DNA of 64,000 bases from Dehalococcoidia bacterium (GCA_965219085.1 OZ244720.1:800001-864000), one strand, 5' to 3'; counted from the stretch's first letter, positions 33,701 to 41,010 are shown. Program-made: numbers and translations. Notes: generated by a model not told the origin, from the letters alone.

Positions 33701-34633
33701 AGCGACGACAAGGTCTACAGCTACAACATGCCCGACGCCATCGACGCCCGGCTTGCGTCGCTTGTGCCGAGCGGCGTCGAGATCGGCGAGTTCTCGCCCG
33801 GCCGGGAGGAGTACGACGGCGTCGCCGACGAGGGCGTGACGGAGACGACGGTCGAGGCCGAGGCCATGCAGCGCCGCACCACCGTCGTCATCGAGCCGCC
33901 CGACGCCGACGACAACGAGGCGAACGGCCACCAGGTGGCGCTCGAGGGAGTCGAGGCGATCACCGTCACCGTCACCTCCGCCGACGACAGCCGCAGGAAG
34001 ACCTACCGCGTGCGCTTCCCCGAGACGGGCTGGGATCCGGCCCGCGATCCCTGGCCACACTGCCTGCGGGGCGCCGTCTCCGAGGGCTTCAGCCTCGTCG
34101 TCTTCGCGGGCGGCAGCGTCGACGACCTCGCCGCATGCGCGGAGAGCCGGGAGATCGTGGCCTTCTACGCCCTGCACGAGGGCGTCTACGTCTCCTACCT
34201 CCTCGTCGCGCCTGACTTCGTCAACGAGCCGTTCCGCGAGCTGTTCGCCGATGGCCTGCCCTCCATCACGCCGCTGCTCGCCGCAAGCAACGGACCGCCC
34301 TCGGCGGACCCCTTCGGCGGCGACCTTGAAGCCGCCGGGCAGCCGTGGCCGCAGTGCCTGCGCGGCGAGATCGCCCCCGGCTTCAGCCTCGTCGTCTTCG
34401 AGGGCGGCAGCATCGAGCAGTTGGTCTCCTGCGCGGAGAGCCGCCACGTCACGGCCCTCTACATCCAGCACAACGGCGAGTGGGTGTCCTACATCCTCGG
34501 GGCGCCGGACTTCGCGAACGTGAGCTTCGTTGAGCTGTACGCCGACGGGCTGCCCGCCGTCACGCCACTGGTCGTCAAGAGCGACGGGCCACCCGCAGGT
34601 GACGCGGACCGCGATGGCTCGGCAAGCAATTGA
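21716..34633 (+). CDS. Giant surface protein 3 (4305 aa): beta-sandwich, propeller, FN3, Calx-beta and cadherin repeats, shared C-terminal module
   Basis: Signal peptide RRRRAAGTVLVALSAVAAWAILFLPVSAQA; repeated DATLSGLSLS..F....Y and PEVSI..EG units; tandem cadherin-FN3 units. Confidence 0.92.
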   Translation: MRRAALRGGGHCERLSQMTSSRRRRAAGTVLVALSAVAAWAILFLPVSAQASTDATLSALTVSPENIEDFDKDTTEYAVAVENSETAATLTPTASDSGATISVGGTAVTSGSGHQVTLAEGHNVVEIVVTAADRTSTKTYTLTIVRFAEYVHKLVDDIGIIPELMVGSRTLRGITSDGETMWVVSPADTDWVYAFKMATGAPDSSGHINVHALTHADEGGAPPNYAPQGIWVGDRIMLLSNNSTTIPTLFAYRFDPASSSWSRAQGDDVTATKDARNTRPRGIWSDGRFIWVANDGLARTGEQKKIFAYNLDNERVESEDFNTLAAGNEEPKGIWSDGEIMWVADADKTIYAYDMLTKEHLPAKDFPALSAAVWGIWSDGETMWALKPSGSDGEIRSYVMPRSSNADLSSVSLDGMENPHFDPQETSLTLATDDLTAVVTVVARTRHFRAQAAITPADANATMEGHQVNLATDTEVTVTVTAQDGTTTKTYIFEIGTAPGAPSVTLTANLGLISVDWSAPSATGSDDITSYDVRHRRAGASGGWTLLEDVGTVQSGGTFSYTIQNLTGGQEYDVQVRARNRIGAGPWSASMTATPQSATPQSAPRSVMVGAVDGEPSLNVTWSAPADAANYTISGYDLRYILTSADESADANWTLVDDASTSAGSRSYKIESLRPGESYDVQVRVANSAGDGPWSATVTGTPNGPEVSITASPTTVTEGEDFSLTVERSFSTDAALVVTVNLSESGDVIVEAGEGEMTLTIPANQTASQPSSQTTQGDSDWEAHSTVTLAIVADSAYTISASAGSVAVVVQDDDFPAATAEISVDPASLAEGDSVTATVTVTTARLEEPHADGGELLVTLGGTATSASDYAAVTTAEATLNFVVADFAETDVNGTNLYRATKTVTTTVVDDEDQEDAETIVFTLGAVTSGTSPTAAAISLGTSSATATISASDQPAASTDASLSGLSLSAGALVPGFGSDIFEYTADVDYAAHQITVTPAKNHGSATVEFLYSSDAAIDDANDDVEGQQVNLNVGSKVIKIKVTAEDGATILTYSVTVTRATPEVSISSVGFDTEGDAAVFIVSRNVAVPEELTVAIFVSETGNMVPAGSGGAGQRTVRIRNGNASRSLSVTTTGNETWQAHSTVTADILRRSHYSIATGAGTARRVVADDDFPAATAVLDLPPNPVGEGDPITATVTITTTRDEMPHRAGGQILVSTTDGTATAGADYTALTEETGTVEFDDNFSRVDTGGGVMRYRASRTLNIATLDDSNQEPAETVVVSLAPVNTGSSQTAPGIIVPTGTQTATISASDQITASDDADLNGLTLSAGTLSPGFSSSVLTYTAQVDYETERITVTPAKSDGNARVSYPNTSDADAVAAGHQVNLAVGSNEIQIKVTAEDRTTTQTYSVTVTRAAASSDATLISLSLSVGTLDPAFSGSTTSYTAAAAYAVTRITVTPATSDTDATVDYPTTTDADTNAAGHQVALDVGSNQIQIEVTAQDGSTTETYSVTVTRAKPVVRIGFGPAVSIGLRALEIFEGTELVFTVHRNAAVAESLYVKVSISELGAMVPSHAEGRKTVTIDADKTSAGFRVATVGDTVWEAHSTVTATIDADDAYTIASAQGTASIEVLDDDFPSATAELSVSETNVNEGDVIDLTVTITTTRDEQPHGNSGDIEIRTQDIGTTASDYVVIVPGGGNLDFTARNLDFDAGDFNRLDIGGGTMRYQADKTATLLIVDDTEQEVREERFFVSIGQVRSGDSPTANGISVSSGRTIVTISPNDQSNDATLASLSLSPGTLTPGFYSGTLVYSATVGYEDEQITVQATLSDSDANLEYLDNNNDALLDAGNASDHQVNLDVGVNVFKIKVTAADDATTQTYTITVTRAKPEVSISADAATVTEGDGFDFTVTRNAAVDEALEVKINIAESGDMVDDGTYEGDQTVTIAAGQTSTTYTIATEDDSAWEAHSDVSATITTDDTYTIATGVGAVTKQVLDDEFPSAAAVLSVSPASVEEGGTVTATLTVTTADNQMPHRNGGDIQVNTADGTATAGNDYTAVSSQRVRVEADEFVRASVGGATRYRFEEQIPIQITDDSDSEGAEMFSVRLARRLSGSYATVTAISVDTAASTVTINENDRSGVATLSGLTLSTGALSPGFGSGTLDYSASVGYGTNQVTVRPSKSDATAELEYLDGDGNALDDADSSSRFQVDLAVGMTVFKIKLTAEDGSSTQTYTITVTRAKPEVSIEVAADEIKEWQPVVFTVSRDESAPEPLDVIVEVSESGTMVSAANEGSTTVTIAADATSQTLELPTVKDDDWEEHSTVKAEITDNDAYTIASGAATASKQVIDNDFPRATAVLRAAPNPVAEGGTLTATVWITTLEEQMPHTDGGAIVVGTAVGTASAADFTALTTATGTLEFDAGDFSREDIGGGDIRWVAGQDATVAITDDSDQEDVERFTVTMARVLSGQSKTHDAITFGVNSGSVEVRISSSDQPTVSTDASLGGLTLSAGRLTPTFASATTSYSASVPYPVSELTVTAATGHAKANIDYLDSSDAKITDADDNTDGQQLKLAVGTNVIKIKVTAEDATTTTTYTLTITRAAASTDANLSNLTLSAGTLSPGFAAPTATYAVSVRYDVTRITVTPVKSDDNATLDYLDSSDNVLADADDNAPGQQVDLAVGGNVIQIEVTAEDEATNRTYTVTVTRANANAAPSFSSSATFDAAENQTAAGTVLATDSDADDDVTGYAITGGADQAFFSIGATLGALTFDAAPNYEDAQDQGSNNTYVVEVTATSGTGTREKTATQTITVTVTDVNTEAPDQPGAPSVAAASATSLTVNWAAPGNAGPAITDYDVQYRAGTSGGWSTKSHSGTATATTLTGLSEDTSYQVQVRATNDEGTGSWSDAGSGTTDANAAPSFSSPATFDAAENGTEVAMVMASDSDSEDKIERYDITGGADQAFFLVIASSGHLEFRDAPNYEDAQDQGSNNTYVVEVTATSGAGTREKTATQTITVTVTDVSGEAPGKPAAPTVASASASATSLSVNWAAPSNAGPAITDYDVQYRAGTSGGWSDAGHTGTAVTATLTGLSENTSYQVQVRATNAEGTGAWSDAGSGRTDANAAPSFSSPATFDMPENRTLVGSVRATDSDSDDDITGLAITGGADQTLFRINGTSGVLSITPAPNYEDAQDQDTNNTYLVEVTATSGTGTREKTATQTITVRVTDVSTEAPGKPGAPAVSVASATSLSVNWSAPSNAGPAITDYDVQYRAGMSGGWSDGGHNGTATTATLTGLSENTSYEVQVRATNADGTGSWSDAGSGSTDANAAPSFSSPATFDAAENGTEVAMVMASDSDSEDKIERYDITGGADQAFFLVIASSGHLKFRDAPNYEDAKDQDSGNTYVVEVTATSGTGEREKTATQTITVRVTDVNEAPVVTGEVRPTFEENGSTAAATYTADDPERDTITWTVDDTTNFWISEQGQLYFRTPPSFEGQTAYQVTVAATDDDANTPLSDSLSVTVTVTDAEEEGVVTIEPPRGWDGTVFTAGLDDDDGGVTGETWQWARSSNRSCQTNITSATSDAYTADANDVGQYLWATVSYADAGGADKTACAALTGRIEDSGDRPTTNNDPAFAETAPERSVGQGTGAGRSVGAPVRATDEDTGEVLTYSLGGTHAALFDIDPVTGQIRTKAVLDYDPEGTNSYSVQVRVHDGYGPDYVSTDVGVDATIEVTITVTRVSTRTPTIGGPTGGGGPSGPSPSELDFEWTVKHDIEALAAANAAATGVWSDGETLWVANNPDGAGDGVYAYDLESGERVEEREFELDDANRAPRGVWSDGETVWVSDSGRDKLFAHDLASGERLPDSDLTLHPDNDDPRGLWSDGETMWVLDGRDDALFAYDLESGQLLAECALDPANGDPRGLWSDGVTIWVSDDGAKRLFAYRLPLLPEEAEDSDVEDADADGKELERVRDEEFTKLSRASNNSPRGIWSDGDVMYVADASDDKVYSYNMPDAIDARLASLVPSGVEIGEFSPGREEYDGVADEGVTETTVEAEAMQRRTTVVIEPPDADDNEANGHQVALEGVEAITVTVTSADDSRRKTYRVRFPETGWDPARDPWPHCLRGAVSEGFSLVVFAGGSVDDLAACAESREIVAFYALHEGVYVSYLLVAPDFVNEPFRELFADGLPSITPLLAASNGPPSADPFGGDLEAAGQPWPQCLRGEIAPGFSLVVFEGGSIEQLVSCAESRHVTALYIQHNGEWVSYILGAPDFANVSFVELYADGLPAVTPLVVKSDGPPAGDADRDGSASN
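29830..31995 (+). repeat. About 3.5 tandem ~610-bp cadherin+FN3 units
   Basis: Units start with ANAAPSFSS at ~29832, ~30445, ~31063 and ~31675; units 2 and 4 share nearly identical cadherin DNA. Confidence 0.9.
32942..34633 (+). repeat. Shared C-terminal module, copy 3 of 3
   Basis: Near-identical to copies 1 and 2; ends GDADRDGSASN like copy 2. Confidence 0.95.
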
Positions 34634-34637
34634 GCCT

Positions 34638-34790
34638 GCATCCCCGGCGGCCTGATGCATGTGGCGCGTTCTATCGCCCGTCACCCCTGACTAGGACCGG
34701 TACGGGCGCCCGCTCTTATCGACTCGACCCTCGGCCAGTTCGCGACGCCCGAGCGTCTCGGCGTCTACAGCAACACCGCCCATCGTCCGC
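34638..34790 (+). repeat. Direct repeat copy 1 (putative integrative-element end / att arm)
   Basis: Shares gcatccccggcggcctgatg and the 24-bp gtcacccctgactaggaccggtac with 37066-37130; similarity extends to the recombinase-like terminus RWAVLL* on the minus strand. Confidence 0.75.
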
Positions 34791-34922
34791 AGCGGTCGTT
34801 TTGGGCTGATTTCGCGCCGGTCGCGAAATCGAAAAACCCAATGTTTCCGGGCTCTACGCCAGCCTCCCGAATGGCTAGTGAGACCCTCATGCCCAGGATT
34901 ATGCATTTTTCATCACCCTGCT

Positions 34923-36484
34923 GAGGCTGTCGCACAAACCCCCGAGCGAGGTGGCATCGCGGTAGGATGAGCATGGCGGCGGGGGCGGAGTGATTCCGGG
35001 GTGCCGCCGTGACCCAGCGCTTCCTGCCGTGCGAGCGTGACCAGCAATACCTGATGCCCGCCAGCCTCCGCGACTGGCTGCCCGAGGACCACCTCGCGTG
35101 GTTCGTGCTCGATGCGGTCAGCCAGCTCGACCTCAGCGCGTTCTACGCGCGCTACCGCGAGGACGGCTGGGGGCGGAAAGCGTACGAGCCGTCGATGATG
35201 GTCGCGCTGCTGCTCTACGCCTACTGCGAGGGCGAGCGCTCGAGCCGCCGGATCGAGCGGCGCTGCCGCGAGGACATCGCCTTCCGCGTGCTGACCGCGA
35301 ACCAGCAGCCCGACCACGCCACGATCTGCCGCTTTCGGCAGCAGCACGAGCAAGCGCTGGCGGGACTGTTCGCCGGGGTGCTCAGGCTGTGCGCCGAGGC
35401 GGGTCTGTTGCGGGTCGGCGTGGTCGCGCTCGACGGCACCAAACTCCGCGCGAACGCCAGCCGTGAGCGCAACCGCACGGATGCGGAGCTTGAGGCCGAG
35501 GTGCGGCGCATCCTCGCCGAGGCGGAGCGGGTGGACGCCGCGGAGCACGCGCGCTTCGGCGACGCGCGGGGCGACGAGTTGCCTGCGGGGTTCAGGGACC
35601 GCGGGGAGCGCCTGCAGCGGCTGCGCGAGGCGCGGGAGCGGCTGGCGGTCCGTGAGCGGGAGCGGCAGGAGGACTACGAGGAACGCCTCAGGAGCCGCGC
35701 GCAGAAGGACCGGCGCGGGCGCCGCCCGCAGCCGCCGCAGCGCGACCCGGGCGCGAAGGTGAACGTCACCGACCCGGACAGCCGCGTGGTGCGCGACTAT
35801 CACGGCTACTTCCAGGGCTACAACGTGCAGGCGGTGACGAGTAGCGACCAGATCATCGTCGCGGCCGAGGTGACACGTGCGGCGACGGACATGCACGAAC
35901 TGCAGCCGATGATCGAGGCAACGAACCGCAACCTGCGGGCCGCACACTGCGGGCCGCCGCGCGTGTTGCTGGCCGACGCCGGCTACTACTCCGAGGCGAA
36001 TGTGCGGCAGGCCGAAGGCAGGGGTCCGGAGCTGCTGATCGCCACCCGCAGCGACCGCAACCGGCGTGGTGCCGCCGCGCCGCCGCGCGGGCGCATCCCG
36101 GCCGGGCTCTCCGTGCGCGAGCGGATGGACCGCAAGCTGGCGACGCAGCGGGGCCAGCGTCTCTACAGGCAGCGGCGCTGGATGATCGAACCCGTCTTCG
36201 GCGACGTCAAGGAGAACCGCGGCATCCGCCGCTTCATGCGGCGCGGGATCGCCACGTGCGCCAGCGAATGGAAGCTGATCGCCGCCACCCACAACCTGAA
36301 GAAGCTCTATCGCCGGGCGCGCCCCTCACCCCGGCCGGCGAACCGCAACCCCCAGCGAGGAGACCGGGCTATCGCCGCGGCCGCCGCGTAGCGCGGCTGC
36401 CCCGCCAGACGCGACCGCTCCGCCCCGACTGCCGGCCGGCTGCCCTTTCGGCACTCCACCCACGCCACTCCGTGCAACAACCTC
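34923..36484 (+). mobile_element. IS1182-family element
   Basis: Imperfect terminal IRs gaggctgtcgcac / gtgcaacaacctc around the transposase. Confidence 0.8.
35009..36391 (+). CDS. IS1182-family transposase
   Basis: LPEDHLA, GRKAYEP, SSRRIERRC, PDHATICRFR, DGTKLRANAS, TDPDSR, ADAGY, EPVFG motifs. Confidence 0.93.
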   Translation: MTQRFLPCERDQQYLMPASLRDWLPEDHLAWFVLDAVSQLDLSAFYARYREDGWGRKAYEPSMMVALLLYAYCEGERSSRRIERRCREDIAFRVLTANQQPDHATICRFRQQHEQALAGLFAGVLRLCAEAGLLRVGVVALDGTKLRANASRERNRTDAELEAEVRRILAEAERVDAAEHARFGDARGDELPAGFRDRGERLQRLREARERLAVRERERQEDYEERLRSRAQKDRRGRRPQPPQRDPGAKVNVTDPDSRVVRDYHGYFQGYNVQAVTSSDQIIVAAEVTRAATDMHELQPMIEATNRNLRAAHCGPPRVLLADAGYYSEANVRQAEGRGPELLIATRSDRNRRGAAAPPRGRIPAGLSVRERMDRKLATQRGQRLYRQRRWMIEPVFGDVKENRGIRRFMRRGIATCASEWKLIAATHNLKKLYRRARPSPRPANRNPQRGDRAIAAAAA

Positions 36485-36574
36485 AGCTAGGTGCCGGGGC
36501 TTCTGTTGCCCGAAAGCTGAGGCCCCGGTACGACTGCGGATGAGGGACTGACTCGGAGTAGGCGAGACTGAAGC

Positions 36575-36859
36575 ATGAATCTGCGGTTCCACATCGACCC
36601 CGACACGGGCGACCTCCACATCTACCGGCATGGGGTGCGCGAGCAGGAAGTCGAGGACGTCATGGCGTCCCCAGCTGAGGATGTGCCGGGGCGGGGCAAC
36701 TCGCGCCTCACCATCGGGCAGACGCTCGGCGGACGCTACCTTCTGGTAGTGTATGTGCGAGACCCGGAGCCAGACAGCGCGTTCGTCATCACCGCCTACG
36801 AGTTGTCCGGCAACGCCCTCGGCGCTTTCCGGCGGCGGAGGCGGAGGAGACAACGATGA
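36575..36859 (+). CDS. DUF4258/BrnT-like toxin
   Basis: HGV..QEVEDV, IGQTLGGRYLLVVY, FVITAYEL and a basic tail; stop overlaps the next start (ATGA). Confidence 0.75.
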   Translation: MNLRFHIDPDTGDLHIYRHGVREQEVEDVMASPAEDVPGRGNSRLTIGQTLGGRYLLVVYVRDPEPDSAFVITAYELSGNALGAFRRRRRRRQR

Positions 36860-37083
36860 GCGACACGACAGACAAGTTCCCGCCCGGCTGGGACGAAGAG
36901 TGCGTGCGCGACGTCATTGAGCACTACGAAGGGCAGTCGGACGACGAATTGGCGGCGGAGATCGAGGCCGCCTTCGAGGACAGGTCGCAAACGGTGATGG
37001 TGATCCCAAACGACCTCGTCCCCGCCGTGAGGGCGCTCCTTCCTGAGTCTCCCGATCCCGCGCCGGCATCCCCGGCGGCCTGA
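36856..37083 (+). CDS. Small acidic putative antitoxin
   Basis: FPPGWDEE.VR.VI.HYE.QS..E..AE; translationally coupled to the toxin. Confidence 0.7.
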   Translation: MSDTTDKFPPGWDEECVRDVIEHYEGQSDDELAAEIEAAFEDRSQTVMVIPNDLVPAVRALLPESPDPAPASPAA

Positions 37084-37219
37084 TGTGGGTGGCTGCTCTG
37101 TCGCCTGTCACCCCTGACTAGGACCGGTACCCTAGCCAGTTCGCGGTACCGAGCGGCTAGGCGTCTATAGAGCCACCGCCCACCTGAAAGTTCGCAGTAC
37201 AGTACGTGTAGGCCCACCA
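37066..37219 (+). repeat. Direct repeat copy 2, ending in a tRNA-3'-like core GGCCCACCA
   Basis: Homologous to 34638-34790; overlaps the recombinase 3' end; GGCCCACCA at 37211-37219. Confidence 0.7.
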
Positions 37220-38740
37220 GACTTGACGGTAGACAGTACCGGGCCGTCGAGGGCCACCTCCTCGGCCTTTCCGCCGCGCAGTGGACTGTCGTCCGGCATC
37301 GGGATCGTGTAGCGGATCGTGGCCGCGCCGGGGGCGACGGCGATTTCCTTCACGAACGAGCGGATGAAGGCCTTCGACTCGGTGAGCTCGCTGGTGGCGA
37401 GGAACTCGCTCATCTCCTCCGCGTAGGCGGTGATCGTGTTCACGTCGTCGAGCACCTCACGCCGCTCCGAGAGCGCGTCGCGCGCCTCCGAAGCCGCCTG
37501 CTCCAGCCGCTCGCGCCGCTCCTTGTGCTCGCGCACGCGCGGCAGCACGTCGCTGATGTCCAGCTCGGTCGTCTCCATGAGGTGGTAGAGGCGGTCGAGG
37601 CGGCGGCGCACGTCGGCCAGTTCGGACTCGATCGTCTCGAGTTGTTTGCGCGGCTCGCTGGCGACGCCGTCCATCTCCTCGCCGACGAGGCGCACGAGGT
37701 CGCGGATGTTGGACTCGGTGAGGATATTGGCGCGGATCTGGTCGACCACGAGGCCCTCGAAGCGCCGTGCGTTGGCGGGGGGCGTCGCAGGCCCCCCGGC
37801 CGCGCTTCATCAGCGACTGGCAGACGTAGTAGGAGAACTTGCCGCTCTTGGAGTCCTGCCCCGAGAGTGCGCGGCGACAGCTCTTGCATCGCACGAGCCC
37901 GCTCAGCAGGTAGGAGTTGCCGACGCGGCGGGGGGTGGGCGCGCCTCGGGGCGCGCGAGCGCATGAGCGACTGCACGCGGCTGAACAGCTCCTTCGAGAC
38001 GATCGCCGGGAAGGCGTCCTCGACGCGCACCGGCGGCGCGCCGTCTTTCGCGCCCACGCCCCACAGCAGCGTGCCCGTGTAGACGACGTTCGTGAGCAGG
38101 ATGTGCACGCCGTTCTTCGACCAGGGCCGGCCAGTGGGGTTGGCGATGCCGTCGGCGTTGAGGGTGCGCGCGATCTCGGTGATGCCCTTGCCGGCCTCGG
38201 CGAGGGCGAAGATGCGCTCGACGACGGGGGCGGTGTCGGGGTCCGGCTCCAGCCGGGGCCGCTTCTTGGCGCCATCCTGGACGTGGACCTTCTGGTAGCC
38301 GTAGGGCGTGCGGCTGGCGACCCAGAAGCCGCGCGAGACCGCCTCGCGCATCCCCCGCGCGACCTCTTGCGCAAGATTTTCCGAGTAAAATTCGTCCACG
38401 CTCTCGATGATCGCCTCCATGAGCTTGCCGGTAGGAGAGTCGTCGGCGTGCTCGGTGATGGAGACGACGCGGATGCCGCGGCGTCGCAGCATCGACTTGA
38501 AGGCGACGGCGTGCTCGCGCTTGCGGGTGAAGCGGGAGAACTTCCAGACGAGGATCTCCTCGAAGGGCGCATCGTCGGCGCTCGCCTCGTCCAGCATCTT
38601 GCGGAACTGCGGCCTGTCGGCGACGCGTCCGCTCTCGGCCTCGTCCACGTACTCGCGGGCGACGAGGTAGTTGTTCTTCTCGGCGTAGTCGCGCAGGGCG
38701 CGGAGCTGGGCGGCGATGGAGAGGTCGACATCCTGGCGGT
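37165..38740 (-). pseudogene. Large serine recombinase/integrase, frameshifted and lacking the catalytic N-terminus
   Basis: RQDVDLS..AQL, DEAESG, DRPQFRKML, VWKFSRF, recombinase domain, Zn ribbon LLSGLVRC..C and coiled coil spread over three frames. Shifts at G runs ~37930 and ~37780. No YxRVS motif; a stop lies just before RQD. Confidence 0.88.
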
Positions 38741-38790
38741 GGCGTACTCACACAGTAGCGAGCACTCCCTCCCACCACCCGGATAGAGCG

Positions 38791-38991
38791 ATGCGCACCC
38801 GACCCCGAGGACCCCGACGCCACCTCACCACGGAGCAGGACGAGCAGCGCCTGCGCGGACTGCGCGCCCTCGCGCGGCTGATCGTGCGCGCCCACCTCGC
38901 CGCCGGCGCCGGCGGCGAACCGGGCCGCAACGGCGCGCGCCCCGAGGCGGACCCCGAGCCGCGCGGGGAGGAGGACCGACATGCCGAGTAA
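38791..38991 (+). CDS. Small hypothetical protein (GLRALARLIVRAHL)
   Basis: First ORF of an overlapping cluster next to the recombinase. Confidence 0.55.
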   Translation: MRTRPRGPRRHLTTEQDEQRLRGLRALARLIVRAHLAAGAGGEPGRNGARPEADPEPRGEEDRHAE

Positions 38992-39220
38992 GACCGCCCG
39001 CTCGACGGTCGAGGTCAAACCGCAGGCGATCTGGGAGCGCATGGCGCGCCTCAGCCTGAGCCAGAACGGGCTCGCCCGGCTGCTCGGCATCACCTCCGGC
39101 CACCTCTCGCTGATCCTGAGCGGGCGCAGGCGCCCATCCGCCGCGCTGCGCGCGCGGATGATGCACGTGCTCCGCGCCTCCTTCGACGATCTCTTCTACG
39201 TGGTGCACCCCGATGAGTAG
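38981..39220 (+). CDS. XRE-family HTH protein
   Basis: LSQNGLARLLGITSGHLSLILSGRRRPS; RBS GGAGG. Confidence 0.85.
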   Translation: MPSKTARSTVEVKPQAIWERMARLSLSQNGLARLLGITSGHLSLILSGRRRPSAALRARMMHVLRASFDDLFYVVHPDE

Positions 39221-39503
39221 GGTGCGGGCCCGGGAGGCGGACTTCCCGCCCGGCGTGGCGCTCATGCCCGAGGACTTCGCGCAGCGGCTCGCGGCGGTCA
39301 GGGAGCGCAGCGAGCTGCCCTGGGAGCGGATGGCGGTCTGCATGGGCGTGGACCCGCGCCAGCTCTGGCGCTGGCGCCACGGCGCCTCGCCCGGGGGCGG
39401 GGCGATGCTCTCGCTCGTGCGCTTCGCGACCCGGGTGCCCGGCGGCCTCGGGGCCTTGCTCGGCGAGGAGTTGACCGTGGTGCGCCCGGAGCGGAGGCGC
39501 TGA
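39213..39503 (+). CDS. HTH protein
   Basis: FAQRLAAVRERSELPWERMAVCMGVDPRQLWRWRHG; overlapping start. Confidence 0.7.
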   Translation: MSRVRAREADFPPGVALMPEDFAQRLAAVRERSELPWERMAVCMGVDPRQLWRWRHGASPGGGAMLSLVRFATRVPGGLGALLGEELTVVRPERRR

Positions 39504-39845
39504 ATGGGACGCCCGCAGCGCCACGTCTATCGTGTCGAGCCGGCGCGCTTCCCGCCCGACTTCCCCGAGCGCCTCGAGCGCCTGCGGGGCGCGACGGGGC
39601 TGAGCGGGCGCGCCCTGGCGCGGGCGCTGCGCGTCGACGCGCGTACGCTGCGGCGCTGGCGCACGGGCACGAAGCCCGGCCCCGGCCACCTCTACCGGCT
39701 GTTCTGCTTCGCGCTCGAACGCGGGCTCCTGCACTGCCTGCTGCCGCGCGCGGCGGGAGCGTGCATGCGGGCGGGAGAACGCTGCCGAACGCCGCCTCGC
39801 AGCGACGACCAGGCCGGAACTGCAGGTTCAGGAGGCGGACGGTGA
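39504..39845 (+). CDS. XRE-family HTH protein
   Basis: FPERLERLRGATGLSGRALARALRVDARTLRRWRTG. Confidence 0.75.
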   Translation: MGRPQRHVYRVEPARFPPDFPERLERLRGATGLSGRALARALRVDARTLRRWRTGTKPGPGHLYRLFCFALERGLLHCLLPRAAGACMRAGERCRTPPRSDDQAGTAGSGGGR

Positions 39846-40132
39846 GGAAGTCGAGGCTGCGGAAGAAGCGGATGCGCGAGGTGGTCGGGGCGATTGCCCG
39901 CCACCAGGCCCTGCACGGCTATGCGCCGAGCGTGCGCGAACTGGTGGCGGCGACCGGGTTCTCCTCCACCTCGCACGCGGCGCACTGGCTGCGGGTCTGC
40001 GAGCAGGCGGGGTTGATCGTGCGCGCGCCGTGGCGCGCTCGCGCGATCACGCTGACGGCGGCGGGACGGGCGCTCGCCGGCGCGCTTGCGGAGGCGGAAG
40101 CGCTCCCCGCGGCTGACGGGCGGGTGGCGTAG
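39842..40132 (+). CDS. Stand-alone LexA-type N-terminal DNA-binding domain protein
   Basis: HGYAPSVRELVAATGFSSTS...L..CEQAGLI.R....RAI; no peptidase domain. Confidence 0.75.
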   Translation: MRKSRLRKKRMREVVGAIARHQALHGYAPSVRELVAATGFSSTSHAAHWLRVCEQAGLIVRAPWRARAITLTAAGRALAGALAEAEALPAADGRVA

Positions 40133-40155
40133 GCGGGCCACCGGCGGCGGCCGCT

Positions 40156-40522
40156 TCAGCGCCCGCCGCGTCCCTGCCTGCGGCGCTCGGCCCGGACGAA
40201 GCGGATGTAGTTGTGGATCGACTCGATGTCCTCCAGGAGCAGGCCTTCCAGGGCGTTGCGGAAGGCGGCCTCCGCCTCCTTGATCCGCTCCCCCTCGATG
40301 GCGTCGCGTCCTTCCAGTTCCTCCGGGCTGGTACCGGTGTGGAAGGCGATCTCGACCAGGTTGTGGCGCAGCGGCCGCATCCGCCCCGCTTCCCAGCACC
40401 AGGCCGTGTGCGGGCGCACGCCGACGAGCTCGGCGAGCCGCTTTCTGGGTGAGGCCGGCGCGGGTGCGGGCCTCGCGGATGCGCGCCCCGAACGCCTTCC
40501 AGCGATACCCGTCGTCGCTCAT
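40156..40522 (-). pseudogene. XRE-family repressor, frameshifted near 40435
   Basis: FGARIREARTRAGLTQKAA, then in another frame AELVGVRPHTAWCWEAGRMRP...YIRFVR. Confidence 0.75.
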
Positions 40523-40745
40523 CCCCGTGCTCCCGGCGTCTCCCCGCGCCTACCAGCATAGAACGTGCGTTTCGCGCGATGCATCCCGCCGCTGCCAGCG
40601 GCAGCTTCCGTTGCCGCACCCAGACCCGTGTGCCCCTCGTTGAGGGTTCACCGTTGGTGACGGTCTGGCTTGCCAAAAACTTGCTCGAGCGTGTCGACGC
40701 GCCGGTCTACGCTGGCCCTGAGGACACCCTGACGGAGCGCAGACC

Positions 40746-41010
40746 ATGCCTCTCGGTGACCGCGAGGACGCCACCGAGGTTGACGCCGGGATCGAGCGGG
40801 TCTTCCGCGCACCGTCCGAGGAACGCACGGCCGCGATTTCGGCGGCTGTTCGTCGAAGCGCCGGACTTCAACCCCGCCCAAGGCAGCCTGAGCCTCTCCG
40901 GCACGCCCGTCGGCGTCGAGTTGCCGGACGCCGCAGAGCGCGTGGCGGCGCTTGAGGGGGTGCATGTCCTGGAAGGCGAGGCGGCCATCTTCGTCACACT
41001 CCCGCATCGC
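40746..41010 (+). pseudogene. Frameshifted N-terminal gene fragment, possibly of a type IIG (Eco57I-like) R-M enzyme
   Basis: MPLGDREDATEVDAGIERVF...AAI / RRLFVEAPDFN...AERVAALEGVHVL; recalled resemblance only, no catalytic motifs present. Confidence 0.3.

Noticed and set aside
3735-34633. Repeated 3' modules as DGR template/variable repeats
   Set aside because: No reverse transcriptase in the window, all copies are coding, and differences are not evidently adenine-specific.
37205-37225. tRNA gene
   Set aside because: Only a 9-nt 3'-end-like core; no T-loop or cloverleaf.
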